From Moniliella sp. 'wahieum' (lineage: Eukaryota): a stretch of 64,000 nucleotides of DNA. Positions 13,213 through 26,940 of this stretch are shown piece after piece. The position numbers and the translations under genes are program-made. The stretch covers positions 310,001 through 374,000 of the forward strand of contig RSEE01000045.1 in assembly GCA_003971905.1 (NCBI GenBank), in the 5' to 3' direction. The notes below the pieces were generated by a model. That model was not told where the DNA came from. It worked only from the letters and a program-made list of their open reading frames with translations, and made no database searches. Position 1 is the first letter of the stretch, and each line of letters begins with the position of its first letter.

Positions 13213-14940
13213 ATGGCCAAACGCAAGCAGCACACCAGCTCACACGCGAAAACGAGGGGATGAACAGGAAGACGCCCCGAGGTTACCGCCGCACCGGCCG
13301 TGCCCATCGAGCGGCGGCCAATGAAGGGGCTGCCCCGCCGCCTGGGTGGCGCCCGGCCGACACCGTCAGCGCCGTCTACGTTGGGCAGCGGAAGCTCTCG
13401 GTTCCCGCTGCGGCGCCTGCCTCCACCGGAGCTTCATCGAAGCCCATGTTTTCTTTGGTGGGGCCGGGACTGCTGCGCCCGCGCCCGCCACAGCCGCCCC
13501 TGCGTTCAACTTTTTCAAGCCTGCCGCCCCCTCTGTGCCCACCTCCACGACCACGCCTGTGCCCAGCGTGGGAGCACCCGTTCCTCCATCGGATCCGCTG
13601 CCTGCTGCGGAAGAGGACAGTGCAACGAGGCGCTCATCTTGTACTTTACCCAACTTCGTGGGCTCAACGCCAGTGTGTCCCGCGCCATCAAAAAGGCACT
13701 GGAGGACGACCCATTTGCCATCTCGGCCCGTACTCCAGTCCTACGCGGCTCACCGGGCCAAAGTTGAAGCAGAGAAACCCGTGCAAAAGCCTTTTCTGCT
13801 CCAGCCCTGCCTTCTGCTGCCCCTTCTGTATCTAAGCCTTCCTTTGCCTTCAACACATTTTCTACCCCTTCCCCGGCGGTTCCACTCCCAAAGCTCCTTC
13901 TCAGTCGCCTTCTTTGACATTTGCCCCGCTACCACGGCACCCAAGGCCACATTTACGTTTAAACCTGCCGAGCCTGTTGCTCCAGCCCCGAGCAAGGTCA
14001 GTGCCGACAGCGACAACCCCGTTGAAAAGGAGTCAACAAAGAGTACTACGCTCCCGCCACCGGAAGCCAAGAAGGCGCCTTCCGCTCCTACAGTGGCCCC
14101 TGGCACGTCGTTCACGTTTGGCGGTAAGTCGGTCGGGTTCTCTCCCTCTACGGGCAATGGTGGTGCCGCACCAGCAGGGGTGCCCAAATTTGATATTCCC
14201 AAGGAGGGGTTCAGCTTTGCTGGGGTTAAGGTGGCGCCCAAACTTCCTCCCCAGTTCATCCAGTACAGAGGCGAAAGACGATGAAGGGACAAAGAAAGAA
14301 AAGACGGAGCCCAAGACGTTCGCCTTCATCCCGCCCTCGGGGGAGAAGAAACCTGAACCAACGACAGCCAAGCCAGCCTTCACGTTTGCCTCGGCGGCGG
14401 CGGTGCCCCCCACATCAAGTGGGTCAACATTCAGCTTCAAACCGTCTAGTAGTGGGGAGAAACCGGTTTCTTCAGCTGGCTCATCGCTATTTGCCACGAC
14501 TGAGCAGGCAGCTCCGACCAAGGTCTCGTTTGGTACGGACGCGCCCCCGACCAGTCTGTTTTCCGATGCATCCAAGAAGCCTGCGCCTGCCTTCAGCTTC
14601 AAGGCGGCAGCGCCCACTAACGCCGAGGAGGAGACACGACCAAAAAGCCGGCGTCCGCCTTTAACTTTGGTTCGGGTGGTTCCGCGTTTGGATCGAGTGC
14701 ATTTGGCGGCTTTGGCTCGACCAGCACACCCGTTAAAGTGGGATTTGGGACGGCTGCGCCTGCCAACCCAGCCGCCAGCGGTTCGCCACCCGCCGTTGGG
14801 TTTGGGTTTGGCAACTCGCCTACGTCCAGCTTTGAAGGGGTGGCTAAGCCGGGCAAGTTCAACTTTAGTGCGGCCAAGGGAGGGGGCATCAAGTTTGGCG
14901 ATGCTACGACGACAAGAAGGGGGACAAGGACAACCAGTAG
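13213..14940 (+). CDS. NUP2: Nup2/Nup50-like FxF(G) nucleoporin (frameshifted)
   Basis: N-terminus MAKR-x-AAHQLTREN resembles the NUP50 N-terminal motif; many FxF/FG repeats (FTFKP, FTFGG, FSFAG, FSFKP, FGFGN, FNFS). Confidence 0.7.
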
Positions 14941-15132
14941 AGTGCCTATTGGTGGTGGAATAATACTAATTTCTATCGTTGCCATCCAGTTGGTCAGACG
15001 GCACAGGCGAAAGGGGGTATCGAGACTCAGAATGAGATTGGGGGAGTGGAGAGGGGTGGCTGCGAGTTGATATAGATGTGTACGAGGTGTGTATTTCGGC
15101 AGATACGCGCGGGCGGCTGATTCAAACACAAG

Positions 15133-18100
15133 CTACAAAATGCCGACCAAATCCATGCAAGCTTGAGGGCTCGGTGTGTTAGCGGCTCCGACGTTCTTCT
15201 TGCCGCATCCCCGACCCCGGTGCCCTCCTCCTCCCGCCTTCCCCTTTATTCCGTGTCCCATTTGGGGGGCATTCGTCTTTCGGGTGCCTCCACCTCCTAC
15301 GAGGTCTATGTCATTGCCTCCACAATAGGCCCGGATGCCCAGTATCATGCAGCCCCACAGGAAAGTACCCACAAGACATGAGTTTGTGCAAAACGTTCCA
15401 ACAGCTACTACATTAAAAGAAGCGATAGTGGCCCGCGCCAGTAGATGCCCCCGTCCCTGTCCTCGTGGGAAGCCCTCCTTCGTTACCCAGCTCGAGAGAC
15501 GAGGTTCTGGGTGACGCAACGCCATTAGCTTGTTTTTGTTCGAAAGTAGGAGCGTCAGAGGGCAGAGATGAAGGCGGAGGCAGATCGCCCAACCCCCACT
15601 CATGTGGCTGGAGCATGGGGAGGAAACTGGCACTGGTAATGCCCCCAAACTGAGGGACGCCCCGCCTCCTTCAAAGGCAGACGAGGAGGAAGGGAACAAA
15701 TTGACCGACCCCAGCGAATCCTGTACCATTTGGTTCCATGTTTGTAAGCCATACGGAGCCAGTTGCAGTCCCACCCCCGCATCATCGGCTAGGGCGTGCA
15801 AGTGAGTCGCCGCCGGAGGTATGTTCCCCCCGGCCATACCCATTTCGTAAAGCAAGGGGAGCGCAGTTTGCCCCATCTCGTCCACAAGTAGGCCCACACT
15901 TTGCTTGTTGTCCCTGCCACTCCCGTTCATCTCTCCTGGGGTGGCGTTGGCAGGCTCTACTACCCTGTGCTCTTCTCAGCCTCGAGGGGCACGGGTGGCT
16001 CAACGGACGTTTGCGCTGGGGGGGAAGAGAAGGGCGCTGAACCGAAGCGCGGGCGGGCTCTGGCTCGGCAGGCACATCAGTCAAATCCGACGCTGCACCG
16101 AGTTTTCGTCTTAACTTGTCAACAAGAGAATGAAGCACCCTGCCCAGCACAGCAGCAGCAGGAAGCGCAAGCTCAAGACGCCGGAGAGCGTCACAGGCCA
16201 ACGCAGCCTCACCGAGTAGCGCTGCTGGGGTTTCGGTGGTGGCAACGGAAGAAGTGGTATCGGCCGTTTTTGATTGCAAGGTCGCTTGCCCTTTGAAGAG
16301 AGAGAAGGTGGCGCCTCCAGGCTGTCAGCGCAAGGTACCCCCCCCGCGACTAGGAGCTGCTGCCATATTCGAGCAAATAAGGTGAGGCGGCGAGCGTGGC
16401 GGCAATGGTTGGAGCCGAACGGATAAGCGTCATTGAGGTCTTGCGACATTCTGTCAAGACGGTTTCCTCCTCCTCCAGCGTGGTTGCGGAGATGTTGACT
16501 TGCTCCTTGAGGCTCCGCGCATAGTCAACTGAGCCAGATAAGATTGACTGGATGAGTGACCGTTGCGTAAGAAGCATCGTTTGACGGTACTGTACGAAAT
16601 GAAAACACGTCAGTCAACCCCTCGGATACAACAAATTGGAAATAGCTCACCATGACTGAAGCAGCACATGACTGGAGAGCCAAGTAATGCCGTGTTGCAT
16701 CTCCAGTATCCTTGAAAGATGTGGCCACACTACTCGAATGACCTTTAGTCTCTGTCTTCTCTTGTACTCGCACTTGAGCTTGAGCATGCTTAAACTGATC
16801 CGGCACTGCGGCAACCAACGATGAAGAGCGCGTACATCATGGAGGGGAGGAATGGCCTCCATGCCATCCCCCTCCTCCCATTCCATGTCCGTTTCCGAAT
16901 TGGACCGTGACTCTTCGTCGTCTTCCCCCGAAACAGAAGAGATGGGCCGTTCCTCCTGGTCGCTGGTTGGCTGATCCGATGCATCATGCTGCGTCCTCCT
17001 GGATGAGGAATGAGATCGGTGTTTCTCCTTGAGCCGGCCCGGCGTTGTCGAACAAACGCGTTGCGAGCCACGCGACCCATCAATCGAGAGATCTTGACCA
17101 TCTCGTTAAACCTCCACCGATCCGAGGATGTAACTCTTCCCCTTGTCTGGGGGAGGGGAGATATTAGTTCCGACAGGTGGGATCAACGGTTCACGAGGGA
17201 ACTGTTGGTCCACACTTTCATCCGCAACTCCACATGGCCGTCCGAGGGAAACAGACAACAGGCGGTCCATCAGGTAGACGCACCACCAAGTCCGTCTCCG
17301 CAGTTCAGGTTCTAACACATCGCCTTTGCTCTGGCTGTGACTTGGTAAGGGTGACCTCAGGTCCAGATCACGATGTAATCCTAGATCTTGGGCCATGCGC
17401 ATGGCACGTCCCATGATGATCCAAGCACGAGCAGCGCAGTTGGATGAAACAAGGTAGTAAGCGCGCAGTCCTATGCAATGTACCATTGCTAGAGACGTTC
17501 GCCCGGCACTAAGCGTGTGGAGCGACAAGAGTTCACTTTGCACGAAGAAATGAAGCCCTGCTAAAGTACCATCAACCTTGCCCCTTGCGCCATCAACAAC
17601 AGGACCAGCAGCTGAGATTTCGTGTGTTGTAGGCAAGTCGTCCCCCGAGCTTGGGTCGACAGGTGTGCCTGCGCTAGAGAACGCCTGGGGAGAGGCGTCT
17701 GGTCGGCTTTTGGAGGAAGGTCGAGAGTCGTACGTTGATGAAGGTACGGGAGGACATACCCTCGGTTCCTGGGCACCTAGCACGCGTGACGCGCAGGCAA
17801 ACACCGCCAAGACGTTGGCAACCAGCATCGGGTCGTTTGCCAGTACGTCTTCTGGGGTCTTTCCCTCGTTGGCAGAGGGCCCCGCGCCATGGACAAAGAT
17901 GGCTTCGGCCTCTCGCCGAAGGGTATAGGGATCAAGAATGGGGAAAAGTGGATGAACAAAATTGATGTACGTGTCCCATAATCGATCGGCAAGCGATTTA
18001 GGCAAGTTTTTGAGATCAGACGCGGGCGTACCTTTCGCTTTCGCAGCATTGGAAAATGCCTCGGCCGCCGAGTTAAAATGCACGGCTGCCTGGGCCATGG

Positions 18101-19145
18101 GAGGAGACTCGTCCGGTCCTGCCGATCTGAGTTGGGGGCGGTGGGCAGGAGGTCGGATATGCAATGGGCTCAAGGCATAGAGCAAATAAGCATCGATCGC
18201 ATCAACATAGGCATCAGGATCCTCCGCCGGGGAACTCGACTTTCTCCTGAGTCCCGAGTTACTGCCAGAGGAGAGGCGATGGGTCAAAGGATCGAGCTAG
18301 CTCTACCACTCCCTTCTTCTCCTGGAACATCTGTGTCAAATGCGCCAGCACCAGTCAAGGCAGAGGCAGCGTCCATGACGAGCGTGACACTTGAGGAGGG
18401 TCCCAAGTACCGGGTATAAGTGTGACCCGAATCGAACTGGAGACGGCCAGAGGATGGCGCATCCCAGTATTGTGGTTTGTCCGGCACAGGCGGAGCAGGT
18501 GTGACGCTCTGGCTCTCGCTCGTGTCGCCTCGTGGAGGCTTCCTGGCGGTAGTCGGCTGAGCCGATGATGGAGGGGGAGCACTGAAGTTGATGTGTGAGA
18601 GGAATCTGCTAGCAACCCCAGCTCACGCGCCTTGGACATAGCAGACGCGCTCAAAGTCGGAGCCAAAACGGCAACAAACTGTTCCATCCGCGCCAAACGG
18701 GACTCAAGAGTCTCTACATAACGGCGCGAATAGGCAGCTTTGTCTTCCATCTCGGCATACGTGCAAACCGAAATAGCGTTGATACGAGCCACTTCAGGGT
18801 CGTTTCCGCCAGGCGCATTCATAGCAGCAACAAGGCAGCGATGGCAAGGGGATTTGCCGTCACTATCACATTTGGCCTTCTTGCGGCGGCAAGGCAAGCA
18901 AGCACGGCCGACCTTGCTGCGTTTGCGCTTGGCGCCGGCAGAAGGTCCAGCATCCGGATCGGCAAGCCCTCGCTGTCATCATCATCGTCAGCTTGGAAAG
19001 ACTGAGAAGGCGGGAGCGATGAGCGGGGCGGGTGCACACTCCCCCCACGGCCCTGCCCGCGACCGCGACCGCGCCGCGAGGGTGCAGATGGAAGGTGCGG
19101 ACGTGGGGGTGCCTGGGGGGGAAGGCGACTCGAAGATGCCGGCAT
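15133..19145 (-). CDS. Zn(II)2Cys6 fungal transcription factor with middle homology region (frameshifted)
   Basis: RACLPCRRKKAKCDSDGKSPCHRC...CTY cluster, YVETLESRLARMEQ dimerisation helix, YINFVHPLFPILD, AWIIMGRAMRMAQDLGLHRD, ELRRRTWWCVYLMDRLLSVSLGRP. 3' end approximate. Confidence 0.9.
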
Positions 19146-20323
19146 AGAAGTACGGCGCCGGGCGCACGTCGATGCGTTGGCCGGCGGGCGGCGGAGCGGG
19201 GGCGATGGGGGCAATGGGGGTGGTGGGGAGGGAGCAGAGGAGGGGGGCAGGGCGGTTGGTTATCGAGTGACTAGGGACTAGTGACTAGTGATACTGCAGG
19301 CTGAGTGGCTGAGCCCAGCCGGATTGAAATGTTTGTTTATCCTCCGGCCGGACCCTTACCCGCTTTCGCCGTGTCAGCCTCTTGGCTGCTCTGAATCTGG
19401 CTGGCGTCGCGTTAGTAGTGGACAGTACCACGGCCGTCAGCAGCACCGCCGCCCCTGCGCTCGGTATCAGGTCGCTGTAGTGGGGGGCTTCGGCTGCCCC
19501 TCGGCACCGTCTTCACTGGCTCGCTATCGCTCGTTTTCCGCCACCAATCATGTGGTGCGTGCATTGAATGGTGGCGATCATATTACCACACCGTTGCAAA
19601 CAACCCTCTCTCGTCGAAGGCACTGCGGCGCAACAGAGAGAGGTATATATCTCTCTCGCTCTCGAATGTGCACAGGGGTTGTACGTTCTTGTCCCCACGG
19701 CATCGGGCCCGGCTTCCAGCGCTTCCATGGCGCTCAAGCAAGGCTCAACGTCTAACGTATAGTATACAAGGGACAACAATGCCCTACTGGTGGGGGGACT
19801 GAGGAGCGTGTGTATTCTATCAGTGTAAAAAATGAGTACGACTGATACTAATCCCATTGGCCATTACGGCTATCGCCAATAACACCGCTCAGTATAGCTA
19901 CAGTTCTTCGTCGGCAGTCAAGGTTCAGCCTGGGGGATGCCTGCTTTGGATTGGAATCAAGATATGAATACGTTGAGTACTACTCAGACTGAGGTTTCAT
20001 ATACATGTACATGACAAGGACTTTGCTTTTCTTTGCTTTGCTCCAAGTAGTAGAGAGAAGAAAAAGAGAAGAGAAAAGTGTATAATTCAGATACTAGGTA
20101 CACCACAATATATAGCGTGAAAGAAAGAAATATTGTACACAACAAAGGGAGAGGGAGAGGGCGGGGAGGGTTCTTCGTTTCTCCTCGAAACTTGATGGAG
20201 GACGGAGAACCGATACTGCGTAACTGCGTAATGCATATAACAATGCTGAACGACGGGGGTACGACGGACACGATGGGTACGATGGGGAGGATGGGTAGGG
20301 GCTCGAAAGGGAAAGAAAATGGA

Positions 20324-22256
20324 TCATCTCGTTGCCGGAGCGAGAGATAAGAGCGCCGAGCGGAGTGCGGCATACAGGGCAGGTATACTTGGTGCGCATC
20401 CTGCGTCCCGCTTGAGCTTCCGCCTGGCGCGCAGCGGCCGTCGACGCACGCAAGGCAATCGCACACGCACGACAGAGACTGTGCGTACACGGTAAGAGAA
20501 GTGTGGTGGACGTTCCCAGAGACAGATCAGGCATTCGCCCTCGGAAGGTGGGTGGGTACTGGGAGCAAGTACCATGGGTGCAGAAAAGCGACTGGTCGTA
20601 CCACCTTCCTCTTCATCTTCCTCCTCCTCGTGGAACGCCGGAGACGTAGCAGCGGACGCTTGCACAGTCGCTGCGGGCGGTAAGGTGCTCAGTCCATACA
20701 GCTCCTTGAGTTGGAACCGATGGTCGTGCACCTCCACCTCCTGTTTCTCCACCCACAGCGACCAGAGTCGCTGGCCACCTCGAGCTTCGACCGAGTGCAG
20801 GCGCAGGTAAGTCGTTTGTAAGTTGACTGGCCGGAGGGGGTGCCCTGTTCATCGTGTTAGCCGAACCCGTCCTATCCAAGTAAAAGGGGTGGGAGATGGG
20901 GGAGGGAGAGAGGGGCATACTGTACATACCGTCTTCACCCAGTGCTTCGACCACAATCACCATCTTGAGGGTTTCCCTGGTGGCTTTTTCGTACTTGGCT
21001 CGCTCCGCAGGGAGCAAGGAAGGTTCATCTCCCTTTCGCAGCGACGGTCCCATGGAGTGGACATTGGATTCTTTTGCAAAGGGAGGACCGGTTCAAATTC
21101 AAGTGGGGTGGGAGAGTGGTGGCCTGGAAGCTTCTGGTCCTCATCCTCCTCAGCCTTGGCCATGGGATCCGTCTTGCTTTCCTTGGTTTAGAGGGGTCGC
21201 AGGTGGGGCATACAGATCCAGGTGAAGTGCAAGGGGGAGAAGAACACGACGTTCAAACCCTCGAGACGCACGATCGGAAATACATGGTACCCCAACACAT
21301 GTTCCGCTGGCTTCCCCAGCTGGGCAAACCAACCTCGATCGGTAGCGGATGATACGGGAGACCAAGTGCCGTGCTTACGCGAAGCACGGACAAACATTGA
21401 TGCTCGCCCACGGAGCGGCCGAGTCGATGTCCAAAGCAAGGAAATGGGTAGGTGGCGGACCATGGTAACCCAATTGATCCTCCATCGTCGTCTGGCTAGC
21501 GGGACGGAGCAAAAGACTGTTCCGTTTGACATTGACATAGGACTGCAACGATGTGACTAACATCGGTTCTCCCATGCCGTCCGGCTCAGCCTCCTTCCCC
21601 TTCCGACTTTTCTTCTCGTTCCCGTCGGACAACGCGGGGTGCGCCATCGCCTGCGATCGGTCCATCCAGGACAACACGTATCGTACCGGACACCCTGTAA
21701 GTCTTCAGAAGGCAACGGGGGCGACGTCTCTTGTAGCGTAGCGTCTCCAAAGCCCAATCCGCTGATTGCTGTGAATCGAGGGACACTGTCCTGGTCTGTA
21801 GGCGCGCTGGGAGCCAAACCAGCCCCAAAGGCCGACACCAACGGGCCAAAGAGCGCAGCCCGGTCATCCTGCTCTTTTTGATCTGACGCCTGTGCCGCGC
21901 AGCTTGACGTGCTTGGCGTGCAAGGTCATCGGGTGGAACGGGACCCGGCATGGTCGACGAAGGGACTGGGAAGGCGCCCCGATTGGGCCCTGGTCGCTGT
22001 AGGCGACCCGGCTCGCGGACAAGCGACCCCATCCCTTCGTCCGGCTCGAGCGGCAGCGTAGCAACCGGGGGAAAAGCAAAAGACCGCACGCCTCGCTCAA
22101 GGGCTCGGCGTTCTTGTACCTCCTGGCATGGGGGAGGAAGAGCGGGACTGGCGGGGAAGCGTCGCCAGTGGCCGCTTGAGCCTCCACGTCGCCGGCGGCT
22201 CTCATCTCCATCTCAGCTTGTTGAGAGGGGGGCTGACGACGGAAAAGGGAGAACAT
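20324..22256 (-). CDS. RING E3 ubiquitin ligase, MGRN1/RNF157/LOG2-like (frameshifted)
   Basis: LQSYVNVKRNSL, VEKQEVEVHDHRFQLKELYGL, then ECLICL..STTLLLPCTHSLCRACAIALR...YTCPVCRTPLGALI, the mahogunin-type arrangement. Confidence 0.8.
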
Positions 22257-23085
22257 CAGTGCGGGTTTGCCTGGGGGGGGGGTATATGGGGACGGGTCAG
22301 GAATGCGGTGGTGTTGGGCAATGCGATGGTAATGGGCGACCTGGGCTGCAGTTCGTCCTCGGTGAGAGAAGGCCGGTGGCGGCGAATGTGATTTTGGATT
22401 GCATCAGGTTCTGGTGGTTATCGATTATCACCTGCTAATGCGCTGATAAAGTCATCGATAAAGCGATGAGCGTTGATCGATGAGCGATCGCAGTGATCGA
22501 TGATCGGGCGAGCGATCGCGTATGGCATGCTATCAAGTTTCTCTCAGCCTCTGCTGGGAGGTCGACAGCCGATAGGAGCGCTGCCAGGAACTCTGCCCTC
22601 TTCCGCCCACCTCTGTCCTGGTGCCTGCCCTGGTCTTGCGATTGAGTAAGCCCCAGGTGCACGTGCCAGGCCTGCCGGGCCTCAGGCTGACCTCAGGCTG
22701 GCATATTGGATGTGACCGGCGGATGCCGATGCCAAGCGAAACGGTCAAGCAAGAGCTGTAATAGGTCAATAGGTCAGATTGCTGGTGAGCGATAGAAGAG
22801 AGCAGCGGAGAGGAGGAGGGAGTGGAAGAGAGGGAAGACTAAGCTACGACTGCCGAAGCTTCGGGGAGGAGACACGTCGGACTGCAAAACTTTCGCCCGC
22901 GGAGGGACCCATAGCGGAGGGCGGATTAGGGTGGAAGCGCCAGAATCCGGCTATGCTCTTGGCACACTGCACTAGTGTTCCAACAATATACCGCAAGCAT
23001 CTCCAGGGCTATCCAACAAGTCACAAGTCTACGACGACTGGGAAAAGAGAGTAGGAAAAGATGCAGATGGAATATACGTGCCTCC

Positions 23086-25137
23086 CTACCATGGCATCTC
23101 CTCCAGCGCCTCCTCGGCGGCCAAGGAAGCGAGACACGTCGCCGTCTCTTCCGGCGCCGGCGTCGGCGTTGGCGTGTGGCGATGGACATGAACGGCGCCC
23201 GAGGCGAGCGCGGCAGTGCGCGATTTGGACGACTTGGATTCGTGCAGGGCGCGTTCCAACAGGTCGGGATCAAATGCACGAAGTCGCTCACAAAAGCGAT
23301 CAAAGATTGTGGGTGCGCTCCACGTCTCATTTCCTTCCGCTTCAGTGTCTGGATCCAGACCATCATGGTCCTCGCACCCTTTGAACCCCGAAAGTTGGTC
23401 CCAGCGGGTAGCCATGAACCGTAGCACCGAAGCCAGCACCGGCCCGGCCGAGACAAAGTTCTGCGTTAGCGCCACACTCTTTCCAGGTTGATCACGATGT
23501 GCCACCAGCCACTGGGGACGTAGACCGTTTCGCCTCGCCCGCAAACGGCCTCTAACAGCGTGCCATCGCCGCCCATGCTACGCGGGCCATGGAGACGCTT
23601 GGTCTCGTCGTAAAACCCATGTACCCACTCAGCAATCGACAAGGGTGCAGTCACCTCCGCCTCGTCTTCCGTCACGTACACTCCGGGGGGAGGGCGGTCG
23701 GGCGGGAGCATCAACCACAGTTTGCTCCCGTCCAAGACGGTGTTCCAAGCGGAGGTCATGTTGGGATCCTTGTGCCAACCGCTCCCACTCCGACGCGGAC
23801 CAGCAATGATCCAGCGAAAGTCGGGACGGTACCCGCCCAAGAGGCGGAACAAGTCCGCCTTGGTTTCACTCCGCGCTAGGTCCTCTCCCACCGCCGAAAG
23901 GGGAGGGGGCAATACGCCCGCAGGCACCGAGCCCAGGTACGCCGGCACACGCCAGTTGCGCTGGGCCTTGGGGTGGGTGGCAAATGTAGCGTCAAAGAGG
24001 TACATGGGCGATTCGTCTGCCACGTTAAGGGGATCCCACCAGGCAGCATCTTGCTCTGGCAGTTCCGCGTCGTCGGTATAGACCCGATCAAAGGCGCCTG
24101 AGGAACGAGCATAGTCACGGTACACGGCAGAGAGCACGAGAAACTCTCAGCTGCAAAAAGTGGCTGATGGCCCTCCGAGTCGGTACCAAACTCTTCGCCA
24201 GGCGATCCAAGGTCCACGTCATACACTCGTATTCTCCGTTGAGCCCGGCGCCAGTCGGATCCTGTACCCCCGATGTGTCAATGATGGCTGGTGTGTTGGT
24301 GAGACAGTAGGAAGTGAAAAACTCCTCGGCTGTCAACGCGGTTGCAGCGAGTACCCCCTCGCCCCGCACGCCGGGGGGATCCCCTGCCGCGCGCATGGAT
24401 ATGCGCTGGATGGGCGTATGAGCAAGCCGGCGCTGCAGGAGCTTGCTGCGGCACGCCCGGGCAGGCTGGCCATCGGTGTACTGAGACACATACGGAAACC
24501 ATTGTGCGAAGGAGAGGGTGGAGAGGTTGAAAGGCTCGTACAATTGGTCCGAGTAGTAATGCCAGCTGGGAAGACGGTCTTGTGACAGCTGCAGTGCGGT
24601 CTGCCGCGGCCGAAGAAGAAATCGGTCCACCGCCGCAGGCTCATTGGCAAGCACAAACTGGCCCACGTAGGACGCACGCCAGCCTTCCCAGCCAGGCGCG
24701 GAGGAGCGAACGGCTAGGACCATCCAGGGGATTGGTGTGCTGTCCTGGCGTAATGGCAGCAGCCCACGTGAAGAGTTCCTTCCACATACGCGGTTGAGCA
24801 AGGAGCACCGCACCCACCCGGCTCACCTGTGCCAGGCGAGCAAGGCACACCGCCGCCCCGGTCGCTGGGTCAGAAGGATGGGACAGCTTTCCGGCAAACT
24901 GGGCGATACGGGGCAGGAGTTCCACCAAGGCCTCGTCGGTAAGCCGGCTCAATGCGCCCAAGCCGGCAGCCCGACGCTGGGTGGTCTGCGAGCGGGCAGA
25001 CCCAAGGCATTGCCGAGCGGGCGGATGCGAAGCGGATGCGGGCGGCGAGCGGGTGCAGCGGGGGGCTGGGTGCGCGCGCGTTTGGACGGCGGGCCCGGCT
25101 GGAGACTGGGCTCAGTGTCAGCGGTGGATATGGGCAT
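23086..25137 (-). CDS. F-box-like plus JmjC-domain protein (JMJD6-related; frameshifted)
   Basis: LSRLTDEALVELL (F-box-like); PMYLFD, RPDFRWIIAGPRRSGSGWHKDPNMTSAWN, GETVYVPSGWWHIVINLE, ALTQNFVS; HxD...H iron triad intact. Confidence 0.85.
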
Positions 25138-25894
25138 GGAAGACGGACAGGGCTGAGAAAACGGAGAGAGAAGAGTGTGGTGGCAAGACTATGTATGTGC
25201 GCGGCTGTGTCGACTGCGTCCAGAGCATGCCCAGGCGCCTGGCCAGCCCAGCCGAATTTTTTTGTTCGCCCGGGAGGATGGCCTGATTAAATGGGCGGGG
25301 CGATCGGTGCATCGTACGCATCAGCCATTGGGCTGGTCACGGGTGGGCGTGGTGTGGCCTGCTGCTGGGGAAGACGGTGCTGTTGAACGTTCAACCGGCC
25401 GTGTGGGTGCACGTACAGTACCCAACTGAGTCTCAGACCGACGTGTTGACAGGAGACAGGGGGCGAGGGCGGCGAGAGTGGCGCGGTGCGGCTCAGGAGG
25501 CCACGCGCTGTTGCCGCCAGCTGCCACGCAGTTAAAGTACGGCGGTGCGCGCAGCTGCTGCGCGGCAGATGCTGCCCCAGTGCGGCGCCAGTGCTGAACC
25601 CCTGCCCACGGTGCTCCTGTCTTTATAGCCGCTACCAACGGGGGTTATTTGTCTGCCCCACCTACACCACCCAGCGCCCCTCCTCACCTCCACCTCCACC
25701 TCTGCCCCCGCCCTCGCCCTCGCCCCCGCCCTTGGCCTGCCACACCACCCTCTCTCCGCCCAACGCACATCCGTCGGCATGCCTCCTGTTGTGCTGATCC
25801 CTACGGCGCGGGCCCCCCCACCCCTGTCTGCATCCATCCCCCCGCCGCCCAACTCTCGCCCAAGTCATTGGCGTCCCGCAGGTCCCCGAGCGTT

Positions 25895-26940
25895 ATGACG
25901 GTACCAACACACATTCACCACTCGCCTCGCCCTTGCGTCTTGCGGCACCCTCCTTGCTCAGCCCCGCACATGCGTCACCTGCGCTGCCGCTGCGTCGGCC
26001 GTGAAGACACCCAACAGCGCATCCCCCTGTCCCTCTCCACGGCCAAGCTCAAGTGCTGCCTCGTCAACGCTCGCAGCCCTCTTGGGGTTCGACACCTCGT
26101 ACTTGTCTTGTACGCCCACGTCGTTGTCAGGCAACATTACGACGTTCGAAGAGGGCGCCTCTCTACCGTCTCTAGTGTCGCCCCCTTTCGGGGGAGGGCA
26201 CACCCCCATTCGGGCTGCGCCTTCGACCTGCTCGGACGAAGAAGAAGAACTGGAACGTCTGTTGAGCCAGTTTGAAGCGCAATTTATGCCCCACCTCCAG
26301 TCGCTGCCACCGCCCTTGCCTACCCTACCTCCGCCTCCACCTCGGTCGCTCTCACTTGCTTCTCCGTCCGACATGTTTTACTCCCCCAGTCGTGCTGCCC
26401 ACACTATGAGACCGCCACCACTTTCTTCCCCTCCAGACCAACCTCTTCCCAAGCCGCCGTGCGCTCACAAGGACCCACCAGCGTCCCCCTCCCCGCCTCG
26501 AACTCGGTACCAGTAGGTCAAGACGACTACATCATCGTTGGCGGCGTCAAGTCCACCATGCCCATCTCCTCGATCCTCCCCCAGGCCACACTGGATTGAC
26601 CAAGATTGATCACGATTGACCCCCCTCCCCTTGCGCTCCATTCTCATATGTCCCCTCCACCGCATTGCCCTCGGCTAGCATACTGTCCCCACCCCGACTA
26701 ATGTAAATCTCCGTGTACCTGGTTACGCACCCCCATCCGTCGTCGTGAAGAGGCAGAATGCAGCATGGTCAGAGACCAGCGTAGTCTTACGTATTCCAGT
26801 CGCTGCTGTCGACGGAGCTGAAGCCACAGGCGGGGAAGAATGTGTCTCCCCTCCTGGACCGTCGGTGTCACGGGCTGCGGCGGACACGAGATGGTCCGAC
26901 CCAAGCTAAGGCCCGCCTGCTCCGCACATGCCCAGTAGAG
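25895..26940 (+). CDS. Hypothetical Pro/Ser-rich protein
   Basis: Chained coding-like ORFs (26001-26516 etc.) with DEEEELERLLSQFEAQF; no recognisable domain; bounds uncertain. Confidence 0.35.

Noticed and set aside
19984..20350. Hydrophobic/aromatic ORFs downstream of the RING gene
   Set aside because: Pyrimidine-rich 3' UTR sequence read through because of a frameshift.
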